Assembly: GCF_964204645.1 (NCBI RefSeq)
Contig: NC_134025.1
Coordinates: 8,370,001 to 8,434,000 of the forward strand
Source: Tubulanus polymorphus
Lineage: Eukaryota > Animalia > Nemertea
Length of the DNA: 64,000 nt
Direction of reading: 5' to 3'
Shown here piece by piece: positions 52,801-64,000 of the stretch. Under the pieces are notes generated by a model that worked only from the letters and a program-made list of their open reading frames with translations, made no database searches and was not told where the DNA came from. The translations under genes were made by a program, and so were the position numbers. Position 1 is the first letter of the stretch. Each line of letters begins with the position of its first letter.

Positions 52801-55800
52801 ACGGCTGAAAATGAAGTAGGATTATCCGATCCTGTTGAATTATCTGGACCAGTAACAGCCAAGCATAGTTTTGGTTAGTTGATAGATATCCACAAATTTG
52901 TTAAAACATAGAAGTGTATTTCATGTACCGCTGTAACTTATCAAAATCTGGTTTATTTGTTATCTTTTGTTAATGAGAATACATTTTATTTGAAGCACCC
53001 CCAGGAAAACCAGATGCACCTCAAGTGACAGACATACTGAAAAAATCATGCCTTGTTACCTGGAAAGCACCGGAAGATAATGGAGGTTCCTCTATAACTG
53101 GTTACAACTTAGAGAGACGTCTTACTAGCAGCAATAGGTGGATCAAACTCAACAAGCAGTCATTAACTGATCTTTCTCTTAGCATAACAGATTTGAGTGA
53201 GGATAGTGAATATGAATTCCGTGTCAGTGCTGAAAACAAGGCTGGGGTCGGTGAGCCAAGTGCCCCGTCTAAGCCATTTACGGCTAAGGACCCCTGGGAT
53301 AAACCAGGACCCCCGGGAAAACCAAAATACAGTGATATCAAAGATTCCTCAATAAGACTAACTTGGACCCAACCAGAGAACGATGGTGGTGCTCCTATCA
53401 TAAATTACATAATTGAATATCGATTAAAGGATGCAAGGAAGTGGACCCAAGCTAATGTTGGTGAAAAAGTTACAGATACCACTTATACTGTTAAGAAACT
53501 GGTAACGAAATCTGAGTATGTTTTCCGTGTAAGTGCTGAAAACAAAGCTGGTGTCGGGCCAGCAGCAGAAAATACCGAGCCAGTCAATATCGAGGCACCT
53601 CTTGGTAAGTTAACTTAACTAAAAATAGAAAATGGTCCATATTTTGACCGGTAAAATTAATTTCATTTTCAAAAATTTAAGTTGGTACAGCACCTAAAGT
53701 CAAGTCTGATATGAAGGATAAAACAGTTATTGCTCCAGAGGAAGGTGTACTTGAGTGTGGAATAGCTGCTGGTGAACCAACACCTGAGATAACATGGTAC
53801 AAAGATGGCAAGACACTCAGTGAAACAAAAAGACACAAAATGAAATATGATGGTAGAAATGCTACTCTGACGATATTCAACACTGAACCTAGTAAAGACA
53901 CAGGAATGTACAAATGTGAAGCATCAAATGCTCTTGGTAGTGTTAGCACATCTGCTACGCTCACTGTTGATGGTAAGTACATGTATTCTGTTTAATCAAT
54001 TCTATGAATTATATTTCTAATTTTTGTATTCTATTTCATAGTCAAGCCCACCATTGATTATGACAAAAAATTTGATGGAGAAAAGAACTTGAAAGGTGGA
54101 AATACATTTACCGTCATGGTGAAAGTAGATGGAGTGCCTGAGCCAAGGATTGCATGGACATTTGAGGGTGAAACATTGACTACATCGGGTGATATAAAGA
54201 TTGACACAAAACAAGATATTTCAACATTGATAGTGAAAAATGTTACAAGGAAAAATGCTGGAAGATATGTGGTTACAGCTGAGAACAAAGTTGGCAAAGC
54301 TGTTGCAGAATTCCCACTAAGTGTTAAAGGTACTTTATTTCATATTAACAATGACATGAGCAGGATAATGAATTTTTTAATTTGCAATGATATTGAATCT
54401 TAACAAAAATTAATTCCTATCAAAATGAACGCTTTTCTTTAGATGTACCTAAGTCTCCTGAGAATGTTCATGTCAAAACAATAGAAAAGGATTCTGTAAC
54501 ATTGACTTGGGAAAAACCAGTTGATGATGGTGGATCCCCTATTACTGGGTACTCTATTGAAAAACGTGATGCAAAGAAATCGACCTGGTCTAATGCTGGC
54601 AAAACTAAACCTGGTACACTGGCCTTAGTAGTCCCTAAACTTATAGAAGGTAATGCGTATTACTTCCGGGTCATTGCTGAAAATGAAGTTGGGGAAAGTC
54701 AGCCATCAGAAACTGACAAAGCTGTTACCATCAAAAGTAAATATGGTAAGATATTTATTTGGGCATTTTCTATATATTTCTTCATTGTTTTTCTTTCAGT
54801 CAAATTGTACTATCATCCGATATGCATTTTCCTGTAGTATATTTCACCTAACACTGTACTTTTTTAGATGTACCTGGGCCACCAAAGAAGTTGAGAGCTA
54901 CTGATACATCTAAATCATCAATTACATTAGCTTGGGAGAAACCTGACAGCGATGGTGGAGCTAAAATTATAGGATATATTGTTGAGCGGCGGCAAGCATA
55001 CAGCACTAGATGGGTGAAACTTAACAAAGAGCCAATCAGTGACATGTCAGTAACAGTTTCAGATGTTGTTGAAAATCAAGAATATGAATTCAGAGTCTCT
55101 GCTCAAAATAATGAAGGTGTTGGCCAACCGTCAGATGTTTGTGGACCAATCAAAGCCAAAGATCCATATAGTGTGCCTGGTCAACCTAGCAAACCAGTTG
55201 CTTCAAATGTGACATCTTCATCAGTTACTTTGAAATGGCAGCCACCGAATGATGATGGTGGAAGTCCAATTACTAATTACATTGTTGAAATGAAGAAATC
55301 AAATGAATACAAGTGGAATGTGATAAATGCAGACATAAATATACAACTCCCTGAATTCAAAGTGGAAGATCTAAAAGAAGAAACAGAATATGTGTTTAGA
55401 GTGACTGCTCTGAATAAAGCTGGTGCGGGTAAACCATCAGAGCCCTCAGATACTGTCAAATGTGGTATGTTCAATTTCCACTCATTTCTCATTATGTAAC
55501 TTAGAGCTAGATCAAATATTTCAAAATATATGTGATATCACGATATTTGATAAGTAAAGAGATCTAACACTGTATACATATATGTGTTTTAGTTTCACCT
55601 ATTGAAATTCTGAAACCACTGACTGACCAGGAAGTGAAGAAATTACCTGCCCAAGTGACATTTGAGTGTAAACTTTCAAAGTCAAATCTTGAGGTCCAAT
55701 GGCACAAAAATGGAAAACCAATTGATTCTGGAAAGAAATACAAGCTGACTTCAGATCGAGCTGTTTATCAACTTTCTATCAAAGATGTTGTTGAAGAGGA

Positions 55801-58800
55801 TGTAGGAGAATACAGCATTACATACAAAGATATTGAATCAAAAGCAGCACTTCTTGTCAAAGGTATATTTCAATCTTTATTTATCTTCATGCATGTATTA
55901 TGTTTGTTGTATCTACTTAATTGTTTGTTGCATGTTATTCACAAAAATATACTCTTAATATCTTACAAAAATTGCATGTATATATCTACCATTTCAGTCC
56001 CTCCAAAGCTAATACTTGATAAAGCATTCAAGGATGTTATTACAATGAAGGCCAACACTTCCACGGTAATAGAAGTACCATTCATGGCTAGTCCAATGCC
56101 AAAAGTAACATGGACTTGCAAAGATGGTAAGCTTGTTGACCAGAGAATGAAAGTGGAGACAATCCGTGGAATGACAGCTTTGACTCTGAGCCGTGTGATC
56201 CGAGATGACAGTGGCCAATACGAATGCAAGATTGAAAATGACCTAGGAAAAGTTAACCTTTCAGTCAAGATTATTGTCATTGGTAAGTTTTCATGTCGAT
56301 TTGAAATTTTTTCGAAACCAGGATACCTTAAATTTAGAGAAATTGCAATCTTACATTTCTTTTAGACAAGCCAACTGCACCTCAAAATCTTGCCCTGCCT
56401 GAATTGACTCCTGAAACCGCTCATCTTACTTGGGAGATACCAAAAGATGATGGTGGTGCCCCAGTCACTGGCTATATTATTGAAAAACGGGATATGAAGC
56501 GTGGAGCATATGTGAAGGTCACCTCTGTCAAAGAGCTTGAATGTACTGTACCAAAACTCATAGAAGGCAATCAGTATATGTTCAGAGCTTATGCTGAAAA
56601 TGAAGTTGGTGTTTCAGAACCAGTTGAATTATCAGGTCCAGTAGTCGCAAAACATGCTTTTGGTAAGTATATATTTCATTGTATTGATGTTAATATTGCA
56701 TATAAATGTTCACACATGATATGTATAAATTTTAGATCCTCCTGGCCCACCGAATGCTCCTGAAGTGATAAGCATTGGTAAGGAGTCATGCGTTGTTACA
56801 TGGACACCACCAGGATTTAATGGAGGGTCACCTGTGTTTGGCTACCATCTTGAACGACATTTGACGAGCAGCAGTCGATGGGTAAAACTGAATAAAGAAC
56901 TGCTACCTGAATTAGAATTCAAAGTATCTGATCTAAAGGAAGGCAATGAATATGAATTCCGTGTCAGTGCTGAAAATAAAGCTGGAGTGGGTAAACCAAG
57001 TCCTCCTTCAAAACCTTTCATTGCTAAAGATCCATGGGAGAAACCTGGAAAACCTGGAAAGCCTGAATTTAATGATATCAAGGATAACTCGATAAGGTTG
57101 TCATGGAAACCACCTAGGGAAGATGGCGGAACTCCAATCATCAATTATGTCATTGAATATAAATTGGTTGATGGTTTCAAGTGGACCAGAGCCAATGTCG
57201 AAAATATACTGGAAACTACTTATAAGATAACGGGGCTGAAAAAGGATTCTGAATATGTTTTCCGCGTTAGTGCTGAAAACAAAGTTGGAATCGGCCCATC
57301 TGCTGAAAGTTCTGAACCAGTTAAAATGGTTGAACCTATTGGTAGGTATATTTTGTGAGTTGCTACAGCATCCAAATTTGAATTAATATACCTGCATCTT
57401 CTGAGTATCATAGTGAATATTAACTTTTCAGTTGGTTCTGCTCCACGATTATTGGATTCATTGTCTGATCTGATTGTTACTGCTCCGAAAGATGCCGTCT
57501 TTACTTGTTCTATTGACGTTGGAAAGCCAGAACCTGAAATGAAATGGTATGAATCTCATGAATTCCATTCCAATAAATTTTAAATACTAATATTGGATGA
57601 TTGATCCAGTTTGAAGATTTATTCTTTGTCAACAGGACCAAAGATAAGAAAACATTGATAGAAAGCAGAAAGCACAAAATGACACATGATGGTAAAATTG
57701 CATCCCTCACAATTGATCCAACTGACTCAAATGATACTGGAAAGTACACATTGGAAGCTTCTAATGCCATTGGAAAGATAACTACATCAGCAAACCTGAC
57801 AGTCAATGGTAATCTTCTTTATTTTAGAGTACCGGGTATTTCCTATTGTATAAGGGTAGTTTTTAATGAAATAACTGAAACTTTCATTCAATTTTCTAGT
57901 TGCTCCTAAACTCGAATTCGACCATAAATACAATGAAGTTCAGTCCCTCAAAGGTGGCTCACTGTTGAACATAAGTGTCAAAGTTACTGGAACACCTGTT
58001 CCTCAAATAGCTTGGTTCTTTAATGAGAAACTACTTGAAAGATCTGCTAAACCTGCCATAGAGACTAAAGACAAAACTACTATGATGACGATTAAAGGAA
58101 TTAGCAAAGATGATGCTGGCCAGTATAAACTAACTGCTGAGAATGTTGCTGGTTGTGATACTGCTACATTTGATATAAAAGTCAAAGGTGATTATTGTGT
58201 AAACTGAATTTTGTCAAATCTTTTACATAGATCATCAAAAAACAATTAATTTGTATGGATTATTGTATAATGATAAATTAAAATACTTTCAGACAAGCCA
58301 TCACCACCTCTGAACTTAAATGTTGAAGAGGTCCATCGAGACTTTGTAATCATCAGTTGGGAACCACCACAGGATGATGGTGGTTCACCATTGACTGGAT
58401 ACACTATTGAAAAGAGAGATACCAAGAGAAACACTTGGGCTTCAGCTGGATCTACCAGTGAAACCATGAGAACCATAAAAATAACTAAATTATCTGAAGG
58501 ATCAAGCTATTTCATCCGTGTTTTAGCTGAAAATAAAATTGGCTTGAGTGAACCAACTGAGTTACGCGAGGCTGTTACTCCCACCAGTCCATACAAGGTT
58601 CCAGGACCACCAGAAAATGTCAAAGCCGCTGAAGTTTCCAAAGCAAGTATCACACTTAACTGGAAACCGCCTAAGAAAGATGGTGGAACTCCAATTATCG
58701 GCTACATTATTGAGCGCCGCCAGGCATATAGCACTCGATGGGTGAAACTGAACAAACATCCTCTTGAAGAACTTACATGTACAGTGACTGATATTAGTGA

Positions 58801-61800
58801 AAACATAGAATATGAATTCCGCGTTTCTGCACAGAATGGTGAAGGATTAGGTGAACCATCCAGTGTTCTTGGACCTATCAAAGCCAAGGATCCATGGGGT
58901 AAGAGACTTTCATGAATGTATGAACTAATTTTCATTTAGATTTATCAAGTATGTGTAGGTGTCTGAAAATAATCTTGTGGCTTAATTCAGATAAACCAGG
59001 TAAACCAGGAAAACCAAGAGTTGCATCGATGACAGCATCCACAGCCAAAATACAGTGGTCAGCACCCGACACCGATGGTGGCAGTTCCATTACCAATTAT
59101 ATTGTGGAAATGAAACAGCCAACTGAATACAAATGGACTGTCGTCAGTATGGATACTAAAGTGACCCAAACTGAATATGAAGTTACTCACCTGAAGGAAG
59201 GCAAGGAGTACATATTCCGTGTAATTGCAGAAAACAAGGTTGGACAAAGTATTCCATCAGATCCATCAGATGCAGCAAAATATGGTAATAATTAATGGTA
59301 CTAGAATGAGATGGAATTTACAAATATATTCAGCAAGTAGTATGATTTATGATTTATTAATTGTAGAAGCTGCTATTGAGATAAAGACACCACTAAAAGA
59401 CCAACATATCAAAAAGATACCTGGTAAAGCCACTTTCGAATGTGTATTATCGAAGGCAGGCCTTGAAGTTGAATGGTGTAGAAATGGCAAAGTCATCAGA
59501 TCAAATAGGAAATACAGAATTGAGTCGGATGGTACCACATATCGTTTGATCATTTCTGATGTTGATGATGAAGATGATGCTGAATACACAATAAGGTTCC
59601 GGGATATTGAATCAAAAGCAAGACTTGTTGTTGAAAGTATGTAGTGAAATGATGTATAATCGGAGGAATTGAGGTATTGAGGAGAAAATGTTATTCAAAA
59701 TCAATATCTTTTCTTTATAGTTCCACCAAAGTTCTTGCTTGATAAGAAATTCAAGGACAATATTACAATGAATGTTAACTCATCAGTGGTCATTGAGATA
59801 CCATTTACTGCCAGTCCAATGCCAAAGGTCATCTGGACATATAACAATGGTAAACTCATTGACCAGAGAATGAAAGAAGAAACAATTCGTGGAATGACTG
59901 CTTTAACTTTAAGTCGTGTTATCCGTAGTGATACTGGAGAATACAAGTGTTCTGTTAAGAATGATTTTGGATCTATTGATCTGAAAATAAAAGTGACTGT
60001 CATTGGTGAGTTCTGCATTGATGTGCTTTTTAATTGTTTAACTTGTTAGCATGTTAGGTGTGGCTGCTTACCATGTTATACATTTTCATTTAGACAAACC
60101 AGGCCCACCACGAAATTTGACACTTATTGATATAACCCCAGAATATGCTCATCTGAAATGGGAAGCCCCCAAAGATGATGGTGGTAGTGTAATAACTGGA
60201 TACCTTATTCAGCGTAAAGATGCCAAGCGTGGTGCTTACACTAGGGTTACCACGGTCAATGAATTAGAGTATAAGGTGTCTGGTCTGATTGAAGGCAATC
60301 AGTACACCTTCCAAATAACAGCTGAAAATGATGTTGGTCTAAGCGAACCAGTGGAACTGAAAAGCCCGGTCACTGCTAAACATACTTTTGGTAAGTTTGC
60401 GTGTTTTGAACAATATTGAGTCTGCAATGATTATTATTAAATGTGTAAATCTAATTTATACTATTACCTACAACCATTTTCCAGATCCACCGGGACCTCC
60501 TGATCGCCCCGAGGTTAGTGAAATCTTCAAGGAATCATGTGTTGTCATGTGGGAAACACCTAAGGATGATGGTGGGGCTCCCATTATTGGTTACACTATC
60601 GAACGTCATGTTACTAGTAGCACTCGTTGGATCAAAATGAACCGTGAACCTATAAAAGACTTGACCATGAAATTCACTGATTTGGTAGAAGGAAATAACT
60701 ATGAGTTCCGTATCAGTGCAGAGAATAAGGCTGGCATTGGCAAACCAAGTCTTCCATCTAAAACTATAACTGCTAAGGATCCATGGGATAAACCTGGCTC
60801 ACCCGGAAAGCCATCATTTACTGATGTGAAAAATAATTCCGTTCGCTTGAATTGGTCAGAGCCTAAAGTAAATGGTGGCTCACCAATTACCAGCTATATC
60901 ATTGAATATAAACTGACAGATGGCTATAAATGGACTCGAGCGAATGTTGAAACTGTTGTTGATACTTCCTACAAAGTGACTGGCCTGAGAGAAGACTCAG
61001 AATATGTGTTCAGAGTAAGTGCTGAAAACAAAGTCGGTGCTGGGCCACCTGCTGAAAATAAAGAACCTGTGAAAATCAAGGAACCATTGGGTAAGTCTTG
61101 GCTCAAATTGGTTTTTCAACATCTTTCATTATTCTATTGGTGATTTTATACTGTTTCCTGCATTACATATCATCCATTCATGAAAATTTAAATTACAGTT
61201 GGAGAATCTCCAAAACTATTGTCACCACTTGCTGACACAGTAATTGTATCACCGAAAGATGTTGAAATGAGCTGTGATATTGCTCATGGGTCACCAGAAG
61301 CTGAACTCCGATGGTAAGTTTCCCATCTGTCTATATTATAGACTGTCTTATTTCTTTGTGTGAAATATAGTTATCCTTGTCATGGTATCAAATATATGTA
61401 CGAATTCCTGAAATTTATTTAGGTTGAAAGATGGCAAGGAGATCACTTCAAGTAGAAAGTATGAAATGACTTATGAAGGAAAATTGGCCACCCTTAAGAT
61501 CAAGAAAACTGAACTGAAAGATTCTGGTACATATAAATGTGAAGCAGTCAACAAGATTGGTTCTGTACACACATCCGCTGGACTCAGTGTACACAGTAAG
61601 TCTAATCAACTTTAAGCAGAAGTTATGATTCCCTGATTCTGATGACCTACATTTGACCTATTGATATATTTCTTTTGTAGGTGCTCCTGAATTAGAATTT
61701 GATCGTAGGTTCACTGAATTGATTTCACTGAAAGCTGGTACTCCTTTGAAAATAGATGTACTCGTTGATGGTTTCCCAGATCCAAAAGTGACTTGGACTC

Positions 61801-64000
61801 TCAATGACAAACCAGTTGATCGTACAGTTGTGTCCATTGATACTAGAGACCACAATTCTATTATGAATATAAAAAAATGCACTAAAACTGACGCTGGTAT
61901 TTACAAAATATCAGCACAAAATGATGTTGGCATTGCTGATGCTGAATTCACTGTCAAAGTCAGAGGTAAATTAAGGGAGGAAAAATTCGCTTGTTTGAAC
62001 AAACAATATTGATAGTGATTTTACAATGGTTACGATTTTATCATTTTAGATGTTCCTTCGGCTCCTATTGACTTAGAAGTACAAGAAGTAAATCGTGATA
62101 ATGTCAAAGTATCATGGCGTCCACCAAAAGATGATGGCGGCTGTGAAATTACAGGCTACGTTATCGAAAAGAGAGACACTAACAGAACTAATTGGGGTAT
62201 GGCTGGAAGCTGTAAACCTGAGCAGCAAACTTTCAAAGTTGGAAAATTGATAGAGGGAAATGAATATTTCTTCCGAGTCATAGGAGAGAACAAAATAGGT
62301 GCTGGTGAAGCAGCTGAACTGAAGAAACCTGTGAGCATCAAGAGTCCGTTTGGACCACCCAGTGCTCCATTAGATCTGAAGGCATCTGGTGTATCTAAAG
62401 ACAAGATGATGTTGTCTTGGAAAGAACCTAAAAAGGATGGTGGCTCTAAAATTCTAGGTTATATCATTGAAAAACGCCAAGGTTACAGTAGCCGTTGGGT
62501 TCGTGTCAATCGAGACTTACTAAGTGACTCAAAATGCGAATTCACTGACCTTACTGAAAATGCTGAATATGAGTTTAGAGTTACGGCGGAAAATGCAGAA
62601 GGTCCTGGACCAGTATCAGATTCACTAGGCCCAATCAAAGCCAAGGATCCATTTGGTATGATTTGATAATGCTTCGAATTATGAATGTTCGTGTCTAGAA
62701 TTTATCACTATTTTTTGGACGTTTTCTGTACTTTCAGATAAACCAGGAGCACCAGGAAAACCATCTGTTGTTAATATCACAATATCTGCCCTAAATCTGA
62801 AATGGATAGCCCCAAAAGATGATGGTGGCAGTCCTATAACCAATTATATCTTAGAAATGAAGAAACCATATGACTATAAATGGACTCAGGTCAACTCTTC
62901 AATCAGTGGTTTAGAATATGAAGTGAATAATCTTAAGAAGGATGTTGATTATGTGTTCCGGGTAATTGCTGTAAATAAGGCTGGGCAGAGTGCACCTTCT
63001 GACCAGACTGATGTCATCAAATTTGGTAAGTCATATGACATCCATATTTGAGAATAAAGATTGATTGCACCACTCATTGATATATTTTTATACCAAATTC
63101 AAACTTGTAGAAGAACCGATGTCTGTTGTGAAGCCACTTCAAGACCAAGAAGTTACTCAGCTTCCAGCTACGGCTGTCTTTGAGTGTAAACTTTCCAAAC
63201 ATGATTTGGATGTACAATGGCTGAAAAAGGGTAAACCCATTCAATCAAGCAAGAAGCACAAGATCAAATCAGATGGTAACACATATAGCCTCATTATCTC
63301 AGATGTAAGCGATGCTGATGATGGTGAATATTCTATCAAATACAAGAGCTTAGAGTCTAAGGCACAGCTTTCTGTAAAAGTTCCACCAAAATTCATGTTC
63401 GTTGAAAAGTTTAAAGAAACAATCTACATGAAGACAAATGCATCAACGATTATTGAGGTGCCATTCATGGCTAGTCCAATGCCTAATGTAGACTGGGACT
63501 TTAATGGGGACAGTTTCACTGATGAAAAACGCATCAAATTTGAAACCATACGTGGTATGACAGCTCTCACTATAAGTCGTGCTGAAAGAAGAGATGCCGG
63601 AAAATATAACCTTAAAATCAAGAATGAACTTGGAAGTATCACCCTGACAGTTACTGTCATCATTCAAGGTGAGAGATGTTATTTACTAACTTTTTAGACT
63701 ACAATCATTTATTATTCATTTTAAGATGAAAAATGCATACATATATCTTTGTTTGAATAGAAAAACCGCTCCCCGTCAGAAATCTTCAAGTAATGGAAGT
63801 ACACGAAGACAGAATCAGCATGAAGTGGAGTAAACCAGAACATGATGGGGGTTGTCCTATTAGTAATTACATCATTGAACGACGTGATGCCAACCGCCGG
63901 ACTTGGCAAAGACTTGGCTCTTGTAAAACTGAAGAATATACAGCTACCCGATTGGTTGAAGGTATCCGCTATTCATTCCAAGTTTTTGCTGAAAATGAAG
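2..64000 (+). CDS. Titin/connectin-like giant Ig/Fn3 muscle protein, multi-exon, partial at both ends (~54 Ig and ~72 Fn3 domains plus giant repeat exon)
   Basis: Continuous chain of phase-1 GT-AG exons encoding I-set Ig domains (FECE..W.K.GK..DDA.Y) and titin-type Fn3 domains (W.PP..DGGSPI..Y..E.R..W..YEFRV.AEN..G.G.PS). The frame is kept across the junctions I traced and I saw no in-frame stops in exons. Family assignment follows from the established titin/twitchin domain signatures. Confidence 0.93.
13560..13829 (+). other. Degenerate I-set Ig domain at the 3' end of the giant exon
   Basis: VHFHCPMANNEV...LTLSVDL...AAWTLNG..LHSSGKHRI...LLHVRNVNTDDAGCYAC...KTFVKVV keeps the core Trp and the D-x-G-x-Y-x-C motif. 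Confidence 0.75.
14060..14326 (+). CDS. Tandem Ig exon 1 (I-band type)
   Basis: tttctag acceptor, gtaagt donor, 267 bp; EKPRFLGPLKDQ..FKCE..W.KG..DDSSYSA. Confidence 0.9.
15701..16024. mobile_element. Non-autonomous DNA transposon (MITE) remnant, probably Tc1/mariner-pogo/Tigger type
   Basis: AACCTCGCCTTACTCGGACA (15708-15727) and TGTCCGCGTTAGGCGAGGTT (15997-16016) are inverted repeats with 18/20 match. TA dinucleotides lie a few bases outside each repeat, and there is no coding capacity. The superfamily call is an inference from the AACCTCG-type terminus. Confidence 0.6.
15845..15972. repeat. Degenerate simple repeat (TGAAAAGATAG / TGATAAAAAGAT) inside the MITE
   Basis: Several imperfect copies of gaaaagatag/gataaaaagat are visible directly. 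Confidence 0.7.
16193..16459 (+). CDS. Tandem Ig exon 2
   Basis: tctcag acceptor, gtaatc donor, 267 bp; DRKFTKPL..ITLECQVS..VSWFVNGK..DDETDYTA. Confidence 0.9.
17832..18098 (+). CDS. Tandem Ig exon 3
   Basis: gtacag acceptor, gtgagt donor, 267 bp; EIPVAIKAPLKD..LECEL..VKWMKNGK..DDEADFT. Confidence 0.9.
18279..18539 (+). CDS. Tandem Ig exon 4 (a second in-frame acceptor would start it at 18258)
   Basis: tccag|AC (or cctag|AA 21 nt upstream, same frame), gtaacc donor; EIVVPLSEK..FTAEL..VKWTKSG..DDEAMF. Confidence 0.85.
18629..18898 (+). CDS. Tandem Ig exon 5
   Basis: ttgtag acceptor, gtaagt donor; ELPAEIIRGLED..FECEVS..WYKD..DAGDFT. Confidence 0.9.
19026..22969 (+). CDS. Super-repeat 1 (FnA-FnB-IgA-IgB-FnC-FnD-FnE-IgC-IgD-FnF)
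   Basis: Exons 19026-19328, 19411-19716, 19810-19924 + 20019-20197 (IgA split by a phase-2 intron), 20277-20564, 20651-20953, 21032-21334, 21448-21741, 21822-22091, 22303-22593, 22673-22969. Confidence 0.9.
23086..26749 (+). CDS. Super-repeat 2
   Basis: Exons 23086-23694 (FnA+B), 23808-24095, 24173-24451, 24545-24847, 24927-25229, 25328-25621, 25698-25967, 26060-26341, 26456-26749; total 2922 nt = 974 aa. Confidence 0.9.
26859..30523 (+). CDS. Super-repeat 3
   Basis: Exons 26859-27467, 27543-27830, 27987-28274, 28356-28658, 28744-29043, 29117-29410, 29493-29762, 29852-30136, 30227-30523. Confidence 0.9.
30603..34414 (+). CDS. Super-repeat 4
   Basis: Exons 30603-31211, 31293-31580, 31752-32039, 32150-32452, 32548-32850, 32990-33280, 33373-33642, 33744-34031, 34118-34414. 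Confidence 0.9.
31623..31785 (+). repeat. ~80-bp imperfect tandem duplication spanning a splice acceptor and exon start
   Basis: tttgagatttct..caatta..ta..aat..agatat..cagTCAAACCAA.TATTGAATATGAAAAGAAGTTTGA occurs twice, with acceptors at 31668-31669 and 31750-31751. Confidence 0.85.
34491..38160 (+). CDS. Super-repeat 5
   Basis: Exons 34491-35099, 35184-35474, 35622-35909, 36029-36928 (FnC+D+E fused, 900 bp), 37099-37368, 37452-37736, 37864-38160. Confidence 0.9.
36950..37037. repeat. Intronic tandem duplication, 45-bp period
   Basis: aaagcttcaataattatgcagcttttcatt(a/t)atctcaattcat at 36950-36992 and 36995-37037. Confidence 0.9.
38243..41828 (+). CDS. Super-repeat 6
   Basis: Exons 38243-38851, 38963-39253, 39365-39652, 39758-40657, 40744-41013, 41156-41440, 41532-41828. 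Confidence 0.9.
41911..45497 (+). CDS. Super-repeat 7
   Basis: Exons 41911-42519, 42628-42918, 43033-43320, 43427-44326, 44413-44682, 44821-45105, 45201-45497; total 2940 nt = 980 aa. Confidence 0.9.
45581..49155 (+). CDS. Super-repeat 8
   Basis: Exons 45581-46189, 46292-46582, 46697-46984, 47092-47991, 48078-48347, 48482-48766, 48859-49155. Confidence 0.9.
49241..52873 (+). CDS. Super-repeat 9
   Basis: Exons 49241-49849, 49929-50219, 50326-50613, 50716-51018, 51116-51712 (FnD+E), 51824-52093, 52183-52467, 52577-52873. Confidence 0.9.
52996..56662 (+). CDS. Super-repeat 10
   Basis: Exons 52996-53604, 53682-53972, 54042-54329, 54443-54745, 54868-55464 (FnD+E), 55593-55862, 55998-56282, 56366-56662. 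Confidence 0.9.
56736..60390 (+). CDS. Super-repeat 11
   Basis: Exons 56736-57341, 57432-57546 + 57636-57808 (split IgA), 57900-58187, 58293-58898 (FnC+D), 58991-59284, 59367-59636, 59721-60005, 60094-60390. Confidence 0.9.
60485..64000 (+). CDS. Super-repeat 12 (last Fn3 truncated by the window edge)
   Basis: Exons 60485-61090, 61199-61313 + 61423-61595 (split IgA), 61681-61965, 62050-62655 (FnC+D), 62738-63025, 63111-63668 (IgC+D fused), 63761->64000. Confidence 0.9.

Noticed and set aside
19132-63909. Many 60-155 aa minus-strand ORFs over the Ig/Fn3 exons
   Set aside because: They are antisense shadows that track the exons and recur with the super-repeat, with no domain signatures of their own.
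19026-64000. Calling the gene twitchin/unc-22, projectin, or a receptor such as Dscam or a PTP
   Set aside because: The domain order is not Fn-Fn-Ig, and no kinase, signal peptide or transmembrane exon is in view. Orthology cannot be fixed from this window, so no gene symbol is given.

Overview
Eukaryotic (metazoan, probably invertebrate; AT-rich with mostly 70-220 bp GT-AG introns) genomic DNA. The whole window is an internal slice of one + strand titin/connectin-family giant muscle gene that starts before base 1 and continues past base 64000. Architecture: (1) a giant exon of at least 13.8 kb (open from base 2, probable donor at 13829/13830). It holds 11 complete plus two partial ~960-bp (~320 aa) tandem repeats that are Ser/Asp/Glu/Lys/Pro-rich with AHNAK/periaxin-like KFKMP/KLP/PDVDxxLP motifs, then ~900 aa of unique disordered sequence with two PPPPY motifs, then a degenerate Ig domain. 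(2) Five single-Ig exons; the two long introns here include a MITE remnant and coincide with a drop in CpG content. (3) Twelve copies of a 10-domain super-repeat, FnA-FnB-IgA-IgB-FnC-FnD-FnE-IgC-IgD-FnF, i.e. (Ig2-Fn3)x2, ~975-980 aa and ~3.7 kb genomic. This differs from the vertebrate 7/11-domain and twitchin/projectin 3-domain patterns. Copies differ in exact intron presence, and copies 5-9 are a young expansion with alignable introns. No kinase domain, RNA gene, CRISPR array or prokaryotic feature is seen. All exon coordinates were read by eye from splice sites and reading frame.
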